Assembly (NCBI GenBank): GCA_016182185.1
Contig: JACOXU010000001.1
Span: forward strand, 402,915 to 466,914
Direction: 5' to 3'
Length of the DNA: 64,000 nt
From: Candidatus Levyibacteriota bacterium
Lineage (GTDB): Bacteria; Patescibacteriota; Microgenomatia; Levybacterales; UBA12049
Positions 58,807-64,000 of the stretch are shown here, one piece after another. Position 1 is the stretch's first letter; each line of letters starts with the position of its first letter. Position numbers and translations under genes: made by a program. The notes under the pieces are model-generated. The model saw nothing but the letters and a program-made list of their open reading frames with translations, was not told where the DNA came from and did no database searches.

Positions 58807-61080
58807 ATGAAACTGCCATTTGCTTTACCAAAGCAGAAAGAAAAACCTGAATATTTTCTGGCTCTGGTTCTCAGAAACGAGCTTGTAAATGCTGTTGTAT
58901 TTGAAGTCTTGGCGGGAAAAATAAAGGTTGTAGGACAACACAAAGAACAATTCGATAATCTGATCGAAGAAACGCCGCTTGAGGAACTACTCCAGAAAAC
59001 TGATAAAGCAATATCAACTATTGAATCGTCTCTGTCTGAATCGGTTGAAACCATAAAAACTATTTTTGGAATTAAGGAAAGTTGGACAGAAGATAACAAA
59101 ATTAAAAAAGACTATCTTCTGAAGCTCAAAAGAGTTTCAGATGAATTAGGCCTTGCTCCAATTGGGTTCATAATTATTTTTGAAGCCATTGCTCATCTTA
59201 TTCAGAAAGAAGAAGGAGCTCCTGCTACACTCATTTTGGTCGAAACCGGTAAAAAAATTGTTTCAGTTGCTCTGATTCGCGGCGGGAAAATAACCGAAAT
59301 CAGAAGCTCCGAGCCTCTTGAAAATATCCCCTTGACAGTAGATACAATTCTTAAACACTTTACCTCAATAGAAGTTTTACCCGCTAGAATTGTAGTTTTT
59401 GATGGAGATGAGGATAGAAGTCAAGAATTTATCAACCACAGGTGGAGTAAAACACTGCCTTTCCTCCATCTCCCTCAGGTCTCGACCCTTTCTCCTGAAT
59501 TTGACGCAAGAGCTTTAGTGTTTGGAGCGGCAACTCAAATGGGATTTGAGGTCCTCGGCGACTTGACCCAAGAGAAAACTGAAGAAGAAATAAAACCTTT
59601 GGAATCCGAAAAGATTCCTGATAATCAAGAGGAATTTGAACATATCGAGGGAAAAATAACACAAGTTGGAAAAGAAAGTTCAATGGAATATTTCGGATTT
59701 ATTAAAGATAAGGATATAACCAAAGTTCCTTCACCCGCCAAACAAGATGAAACTTCAAGAGTTCCTGATCAAATCTTAGAGGATCAAATATCCGAAATTC
59801 CTGAAGAGGTACAGCTTAAAGAAAAGAGCATGCAGTTTCCTGTACTTGCTAATTCGCTATTTTTAATTATTAAATCCATTGCCCAGCAATTATTTCTTGC
59901 CCTAAAAAAAATTCCAGTTAAAAAGGTTTTTTCCAATCTGCCTGTATTTTTTTCTGGAAGACTCGCTCTTTTAATCCCGGTCATTCTAGGATTGGTTCTT
60001 ATCATTTTGGCATATGTATTTATCCCTCGCGCAACTGTTTCTATCGGGATTGATCCTAAAATTGTTAAACAAGATCAAAATATTATTTTTTCGACTTCCT
60101 CAAAGACTGATCCATCAAATAATATTGTTTCTGCAGAATTAGTCTCGATTTCTGAAGAAGGAACTATAACCACTTCGGCCACAGGGAAAAAAGAGGTTGG
60201 AACCAAGGCAAAAGGAACAGTAACTATATTTAATAATTCCTCAAAGACTGAAACTCTTCCTTCAGGAACCAAATTAACATCAGCAAATGGTCCCGAATTT
60301 ACCACAGACAAAAGCGTGACAGTTGCTTCTGCATCTGGAGATATTTTTACCGGAACAACACCCGGAAAAGCAAACATTTCAGTTACTTCCTCAGAAATAG
60401 GCAATGAGTATAATCTTCCTTCAAATACCAAACTTTCCGTAAGCGGGAGCTCAACAATTGCTGCCAAAAATGATGATCCCTTTTCAGGTGGAACAAAAAA
60501 AGAAATTAAAGTGGTTTCGAAAGAAGATATTGAAAAACTAACTGAAGAACTGCCTAAAAATCTAGAAAAAAAGGCAAAAGATGACCTCTCAAAAAAAATA
60601 TCAGATGATAAGGTACTGCTGCCCCAGTTTATTAATCAAAGTCTTAAAGATAAAGATTTTAATAAAGATGTTGGCGATGAAGCATCTCAAGTAACTTTAA
60701 AAGCAGTTGTTGAATATCAAGGAATTTCTTATGCGAAAAAAGATTTGTTAATCTTCTCTGATACTTTGGTTAGAAATCAAGCATCCGCCGATTTAGTTAT
60801 TGATCCTGACAATTTAAGGGTTGAAGTCAAAGACATCAAACAAACAGATGACAACGAAACTTCTGCAAATCTGAATATTATCGCATCTCTTAAGCCAAAG
60901 ATTGATGAAACAAAATTGAAAAAAGACTTAGCAGGAAAATCTTTTGAGAATGCTGAAAAATTAATTCTTGAAATTAATCAAGTGTCAGACGTTAATTTTT
61001 CTCTCAATATACCCTTCCTTCCCAAAAGGATCCCATTTATGGCAGGCAGTATAAAACTGAACTTTATTACTAATGACTAA
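58807..61080 (+). CDS. Membrane protein with FtsA/actin-like N-terminal region and baseplate-J-like C-terminal domain
   Basis: Single central TM; ATG.K..GTKAKG.VTIFN, LP.GT.L, G.EYN and FSGGT motifs. Confidence 0.6.
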   Translation: MKLPFALPKQKEKPEYFLALVLRNELVNAVVFEVLAGKIKVVGQHKEQFDNLIEETPLEELLQKTDKAISTIESSLSESVETIKTIFGIKESWTEDNKIKKDYLLKLKRVSDELGLAPIGFIIIFEAIAHLIQKEEGAPATLILVETGKKIVSVALIRGGKITEIRSSEPLENIPLTVDTILKHFTSIEVLPARIVVFDGDEDRSQEFINHRWSKTLPFLHLPQVSTLSPEFDARALVFGAATQMGFEVLGDLTQEKTEEEIKPLESEKIPDNQEEFEHIEGKITQVGKESSMEYFGFIKDKDITKVPSPAKQDETSRVPDQILEDQISEIPEEVQLKEKSMQFPVLANSLFLIIKSIAQQLFLALKKIPVKKVFSNLPVFFSGRLALLIPVILGLVLIILAYVFIPRATVSIGIDPKIVKQDQNIIFSTSSKTDPSNNIVSAELVSISEEGTITTSATGKKEVGTKAKGTVTIFNNSSKTETLPSGTKLTSANGPEFTTDKSVTVASASGDIFTGTTPGKANISVTSSEIGNEYNLPSNTKLSVSGSSTIAAKNDDPFSGGTKKEIKVVSKEDIEKLTEELPKNLEKKAKDDLSKKISDDKVLLPQFINQSLKDKDFNKDVGDEASQVTLKAVVEYQGISYAKKDLLIFSDTLVRNQASADLVIDPDNLRVEVKDIKQTDDNETSANLNIIASLKPKIDETKLKKDLAGKSFENAEKLILEINQVSDVNFSLNIPFLPKRIPFMAGSIKLNFITND

Positions 61081-61810
61081 GTATTACTATCAGAAGGTCG
61101 ATAAAAAAAAGAGAAAAAAGATCTTCAGAGTTTTAGGTTTTTTAATTTTTACAATCGGATTTTTTCTGGTACTTTATATATTCTATCCGCTTATTTCATG
61201 GCAAATTTATTTTGCTCCATATTATGCGCAAGCCACTTTCCGGACCCCAATTCCTAAAACAACTGTAGTTGATCCAACTCTTATTGGAGGACTAATTTCT
61301 CAAGCAGGTAATGTAATTTCAGGAATTGATTATACAAATGCTCAAAATTGGTTCCCAAATTACAACCCTCAAGATGCAAATAGAAAGGGCTTTCAAGTCC
61401 CTTCCTATATAATCTCTATACCAAAGCTTGGTATAAAAGACGCAGTTGTATCAACAATAGACTACGATCTTGCCAAGCATTTAATTCAGTATCCAACCAC
61501 TGCGATTCCTCCTGAAAAAGGAACTGCTGTAATTTTCGGACATTCAACTCTTCCTCAGCTTTTTAATCCCAAAGATTATAAAACAATCTTTGCAACTGCC
61601 TACAAGCTTAAGGAACAAGATTCGATCTATATAACTGTAAATAAGATCACTTTTCTTTATAAAGTCTTTAACATTTCAGTGGTTGATCCTGAGGATACAT
61701 CTGTTTTCACTCAAGATTACAATAATTCTTATTTGACGCTCGTAACTTGCACGCCTCCCGGCACTGTTTGGAAAAGATTAATTATTAAATCCAGACTTGA
61801 GCGAATTTAA
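61073..61810 (+). CDS. Sortase
   Basis: N-terminal TM, ISIPKLGI, FGHS, TLVTC and RLII. Confidence 0.9.
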   Translation: MTKYYYQKVDKKKRKKIFRVLGFLIFTIGFFLVLYIFYPLISWQIYFAPYYAQATFRTPIPKTTVVDPTLIGGLISQAGNVISGIDYTNAQNWFPNYNPQDANRKGFQVPSYIISIPKLGIKDAVVSTIDYDLAKHLIQYPTTAIPPEKGTAVIFGHSTLPQLFNPKDYKTIFATAYKLKEQDSIYITVNKITFLYKVFNISVVDPEDTSVFTQDYNNSYLTLVTCTPPGTVWKRLIIKSRLERI

Positions 61811-61814
61811 TTTT

Positions 61815-61958
61815 ATGGAAGAAAATAGACTGAAGGGTATATTGATTAATATCTGGCCCATGATTTATCGAATCTTAAATTCGATCCTGTATTTTATTAT
61901 CGGACTTATAAAAACAGTTCTGTCTATTGCTTTTAGACAGTTAAAACAAGGTGGTTAA
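61815..61958 (+). CDS. Small hydrophobic protein, 47 aa (not in ORF track)
   Basis: MEENRLKGILINIWPMIYRILNSILYFIIGLIKTVLSIAFRQLKQGG* fills the gap between sortase and the next gene almost exactly. Confidence 0.6.
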   Translation: MEENRLKGILINIWPMIYRILNSILYFIIGLIKTVLSIAFRQLKQGG

Positions 61959-61961
61959 TTA

Positions 61962-63260
61962 ATGGATAAAGAAGAAAATAATTCTCCTGAGAAACTAAAT
62001 AGAGTTCTTGAGGCCATACGAAAAAAACTAGTTGGTAAACATCTTAATTACCAAGAAATCTATGCAATAATGGACGCTATCGCAAACAACAGTTTGGGAG
62101 ACATACTTACAACTTATTTTGCTGCCTCAGGTTACGCAGAAGGATTTTCAAACAGTGAACTTTATTATCTGACTCGAGCAATGGTTGAAACTGGAGAAAA
62201 ATTGGATTTCAACAAGAAAATTGTTGCAGATAAACATTCAATAGGTGGGGTGCCCGGAACCCGTACGACTCTCGTAGTCGTACCGATTGTTGCGGCTTGC
62301 GGTTTTATCATACCCAAAAGCTCATCAAGGGCTATAACATCCCCGGACGGCACTGCAGATGATATGGAAGTTATAGCGCCTGTCAATCTTTCGAAAGAAA
62401 AAATTTACAGTGTTGTAAAAAGAACGAACGGCTGCATAGTTTGGGGAGGAAGCTTCGGGATCGCCCCCGCAGATGATATTATTATCAATGTCGAAAAACC
62501 ACTTCTGTTTGAAAGTTATGATAAGATTTTGGTTTCAATAATGGCAAAGAAAATTGCCTTCGGATCAAATCATGTTGTTATTGATTTACCGTATGGAAAA
62601 ACTGTCAAAGTTCACACATTAAAAGATGCTAAGATTATTAAAAATAAATTTGAATTTTTAGCTAGAGAATTTAATATAAAAATAAAAGTGCTTCTTAGTA
62701 AAACAGAAGAACCGGCCGGCCGGGGAATTGGACCGATTCTTGAGACTCGGGATGCTCTTCGCATACTTCAACAAAAACCAGATCGACCTCTGGATCTTGA
62801 AGAAAAAAGTATTAATCTTGCAGGCCATCTGCTTGAACTTTGCCTCAGCGATTCTTCAGATGAGACGAAAGAAAATGTCAGAAAAAATTATGGCGACACA
62901 TTTTCTTGGGCAAGAAAAATTCTTGAAAATGGCCTTGCATTCCTTAAAATGCAAGGGATTATTAAAGCCCAGGGAGGAAATTCTGAGATAGACAGCGAGG
63001 ATTTAAAACCAGGTAAATTTGTCTATCATGTCAAAGCAAACAAAAACGGTATTGTCAAAAATATTAGTATAAAAAACCTGACTATTGTTGCGAAACTTCT
63101 GGGTGCGCCCAAAGAAAAGGGCGCGGGTGTATTTTTAGATAAAAAGATCGGTGAGAAAGCGGATAAAGACGACGTAATCTGTACTTTATACAGCGAAAAA
63201 GTGTATAATCTCAAGGAGGGGAAAAAATATTTTACCCGCTTTCCAATTATAAAAATTTAA
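61962..63260 (+). CDS. AMP phosphorylase (archaeal-type thymidine phosphorylase family)
   Basis: DKHSIGGVPG.RTT, PKSSSRAITSP.GTAD, WGG...APADD and P.GRGIGP.LE. Confidence 0.88.
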   Translation: MDKEENNSPEKLNRVLEAIRKKLVGKHLNYQEIYAIMDAIANNSLGDILTTYFAASGYAEGFSNSELYYLTRAMVETGEKLDFNKKIVADKHSIGGVPGTRTTLVVVPIVAACGFIIPKSSSRAITSPDGTADDMEVIAPVNLSKEKIYSVVKRTNGCIVWGGSFGIAPADDIIINVEKPLLFESYDKILVSIMAKKIAFGSNHVVIDLPYGKTVKVHTLKDAKIIKNKFEFLAREFNIKIKVLLSKTEEPAGRGIGPILETRDALRILQQKPDRPLDLEEKSINLAGHLLELCLSDSSDETKENVRKNYGDTFSWARKILENGLAFLKMQGIIKAQGGNSEIDSEDLKPGKFVYHVKANKNGIVKNISIKNLTIVAKLLGAPKEKGAGVFLDKKIGEKADKDDVICTLYSEKVYNLKEGKKYFTRFPIIKI

Positions 63261-64000
63261 TGAAAAAGTTATCAATACTTTTAGCTCTTATTGTAATAAT
63301 TGGCACCGCTCTTTTTCTATGGTGGAAAAACGGAATCAGTCCGGTAAATCCCAAGAACAACACTCCACAAATTTTCGTAATTGCAAAGGGCGAAGGTATG
63401 AGAGAAATTGCCAACAGCCTTAAAAAAAATGGATTGATTAAAGATCCTATCGTATTTTTTCTTCTGACTAAAAAGACGGGCTATGATAAGAGAATACAAG
63501 CTGGAGATTTTCGCCTAAACCCATCTATGAGCATGTATTCAATAATTGAGGCTTTAACGCATGGAACGTTGGATATTTGGGTTACTATACCTGAAGGATT
63601 GAGAGCTTTGGAAATCTCAGATATTTTTAAAAAAGAACTGCCTACTTATAAACCGGAATGGGAAGAAACTCTCGTAGTAAATGAGGGGTACTTATTTCCG
63701 GATACGTATTTAATCCCAAAAGATGCCAATATTGATGTAGTTTTGTCTTTAATGAAAGGAAATTTCGATAGGAAATACGAAACGATTGAAACAAATAAGT
63801 CGAATTTCAATCAAAATGAAATTGTAACAATTGCTTCTATGATCGAGCGAGAGGCCCGATATCAGAACGATCGACCTCTCGTTGCAAGCGTCATAGCAAA
63901 TCGATTAGAGATAGGCATGAAGCTTGATATTGACGCAACTGTTCAATACGCATTGGGTTCGGTAGAAAACAAAAATAGATGGAAAAAAAATCTAACATTT
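63260..64000 (+). CDS. mltG: Endolytic transglycosylase MltG, 3' partial (not in ORF track)
   Basis: Manual translation: N-terminal TM, IQAGDF.L, VTIPEG, EGYLFPDTY, IASMIERE and LDIDATVQY. Confidence 0.92.
   Translation, partial: MKKLSILLALIVIIGTALFLWWKNGISPVNPKNNTPQIFVIAKGEGMREIANSLKKNGLIKDPIVFFLLTKKTGYDKRIQAGDFRLNPSMSMYSIIEALTHGTLDIWVTIPEGLRALEISDIFKKELPTYKPEWEETLVVNEGYLFPDTYLIPKDANIDVVLSLMKGNFDRKYETIETNKSNFNQNEIVTIASMIEREARYQNDRPLVASVIANRLEIGMKLDIDATVQYALGSVENKNRWKKNLTF

Noticed and set aside
1-64000. CRISPR array, rRNA, prophage, transposase or alternative genetic code
   Set aside because: No regularly spaced repeats, rRNA signatures or mobile-element enzymes were seen; genes read normally in code 11 with TGA as stop.

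Overview
Low-GC bacterial chromosome segment with the hallmarks of a CPR/Patescibacteria genome, most like Microgenomates: no rpmD (L30), N-terminally shortened L2, AlaRS without the C-Ala domain, archaeal-type AMP phosphorylase, and TGA used as a stop. The core is the rpoB-rpoC-str-S10-spc-alpha superoperon on the minus strand (about 16.1-50.1 kb), repeatedly interrupted by orphan genes. Flanks carry a UvrD-nuclease fusion, RNase P RNA, an ABC-2 exporter, HU, RNase Y, recA-recX, tRNA-Pro, tag, alaS, a baseplate-J-like/sortase pair and mltG (partial). The most unusual signals are: (1) several palindromic and heptamer repeat elements that occur between genes and also inserted in frame in conserved genes (map, rplC, alaS, recX, rplD, rplV), including one 112-116 nt element seen both intergenic and inside map; (2) an isoprenoid cluster joining a DHCR24/sterol-reductase-like flavoenzyme, cis- and trans-prenyltransferases, a Cys-less IDI-like Nudix and an archaeal-type isopentenyl phosphate kinase; (3) a tandem family of small orphan 'GVIFE' paralogues with one broken copy; (4) candidate structured RNAs upstream of rny and rplC, with widespread leaderless-type promoters. 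All calls are by eye from motifs; no database search or folding program was run.
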